A DNA stretch of 64,000 bases from Terriglobia bacterium. Its GTDB lineage: Bacteria; Acidobacteriota; Terriglobia; 2-12-FULL-54-10. The stretch spans positions 992,001 to 1,056,000 of the forward strand of contig CAXVYR010000003.1 in the NCBI GenBank assembly GCA_963666975.2, read 5' to 3'. The notes below the pieces were generated by a model that ran no database searches, was not told the DNA's origin, and saw only the letters and a list, made by a program, of their open reading frames with translations. Shown here piece after piece: positions 62,983 to 64,000 of this stretch (the first letter of the stretch is position 1; every line of letters starts with the position of its first letter). A program made the translations under genes and the position numbers.

Positions 62983-64000
62983 CGACGTGCCCTCACGTAA
63001 GATACTGGCTCTAGAAACTTTTCCTCGTACCACTGCAGGAACTTGTCGGCATGGGCGTCGTCAAGCTCAATGGAATTTCGTAAGGTTGGCAGGTGATCAA
63101 GCAACTCGTCCAGGTGCTTGACGTGCTGCGCTCGCTGCCTGAAGAAGTCTGGATGCCGATTTTCCGACTCCTGACGCAGCTGCGTGGAACAGAGAAACGT
63201 CACGTAGGTGAGAATTGGATCGCCTTCTGGCCTGTCGAGCGTCTTCTGCAGCAGATTTGGGAGAGAATCATACTTGGCACCCAGCAACCGAGCCTCGGCT
63301 TCGTTGTCGCGACCATCCTCCAACGCCGTATCGACGGCACGTTCGAGACAACCAAAGGCGTGATAGATGCCGGCAAACCGGTCAAAGAGCGTTTTGCGCA
63401 AATGCAGCCCGTCGACCGGTGCGACGGAAATTCCCTCGAGTTGGTCGAGGATGCGGGCTTCTATAAACTGAGCGCGCTGGTGTGGAGTCAGAAGCGACCA
63501 GTATTCGAGGATCTCCTCAGGAGTCAGCTGCATCAGCAACGACGGGCGATGCCCCATATTTTCCTCCCGCACGAGGACGCGCCATGGCTGACCGCGATGC
63601 TCGACGAGGAGGAAACTGGTCGAAAGCAGCAGCTCCTCCAGGCGACTCGAGGCTTCAGCGCCGAGCGCCGTCCAGCGACCGAGCAGCGGCTCTTTCACCG
63701 TTGCCAGGGATTGCCCAGCCGTCGTCAGCACCTTGAATCCATCCGCCGTTGATTCGTTGAGGCGATAGCTAAGCCGCTTCGTCCCCCAATCGAACTGAAG
63801 GCTGAGATCGAGCCCGACAACATCGAAACCCTCTGCTTCCGTGGACGTCGTCGATGCGAACCGGTCTGCGTCTCGGTTCAAGGGTTCCAACCACCAGCGC
63901 TGGTAATACCCCGCGTCGGTAATGGCGACAAAGAATGCAGCTTCCAGGTTACCGGCCGTACCGTGAGAATGGCCGGCTCTGGTGAGATTCGGTGAGCCAA
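62979..64000 (-). CDS. Phospholipase D/Nuc-family protein, 3' part (5' end outside window)
   Basis: Frame is open to the window edge and reads GSPNLTRAG...NLEA, the GSxN/N.E part of a PLD motif. Confidence 0.7.
   Translation of the reverse strand, partial: GSPNLTRAGHSHGTAGNLEAAFFVAITDAGYYQRWWLEPLNRDADRFASTTSTEAEGFDVVGLDLSLQFDWGTKRLSYRLNESTADGFKVLTTAGQSLATVKEPLLGRWTALGAEASSRLEELLLSTSFLLVEHRGQPWRVLVREENMGHRPSLLMQLTPEEILEYWSLLTPHQRAQFIEARILDQLEGISVAPVDGLHLRKTLFDRFAGIYHAFGCLERAVDTALEDGRDNEAEARLLGAKYDSLPNLLQKTLDRPEGDPILTYVTFLCSTQLRQESENRHPDFFRQRAQHVKHLDELLDHLPTLRNSIELDDAHADKFLQWYEEKFLEPVSYVRARR

Overview
Bacterial chromosomal window, probably Acidobacteriota (inferred from gene repertoire and protein styles, not proven). 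About 1-32.9 kb is mostly core genome: tldD/pmbA, argR, etfB-etfA-(hicBA)-ETF:QO, acpP-fabF, an MltB-like transglycosylase, a Cu-type P1B ATPase, a CHASE2 kinase with a sigma54 regulator, uvrA, uvrB, rtcB and tRNA-Pro(TGG). A small accessory patch between uvrA and uvrB looks like a decayed integron cassette array. From tRNA-Pro to the window end is a mosaic defence/mobile island. It holds an IS481-like element with a passenger gene, an AddAB-like helicase-nuclease pair and a truncated YhaN-type SMC protein. It also holds IS6 and a mini-IS6, plus an XRE-ImmA/IrrE + PIN regulator pair divergent from DUF2188 and a fused SIR2-APAZ-Argonaute. Further along are two tRNA-Val 5'-half att-like modules and an 8.76-kb segment bounded by 47-bp inverted repeats, which contains IS1380, a decayed IS256, a proteasome-beta-like gene and higBA. 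The window ends in a translationally coupled PLD-nuclease / SNF2-like helicase / YbjN-like chaperone operon that runs off the edge. The best candidates for undescribed biology are that last operon, the putatively damage-regulated SIR2-pAgo locus with its DNA-end-processing neighbours, and the orphan proteasome-beta-like protein. All calls come from reading motifs by eye; no searches were run.
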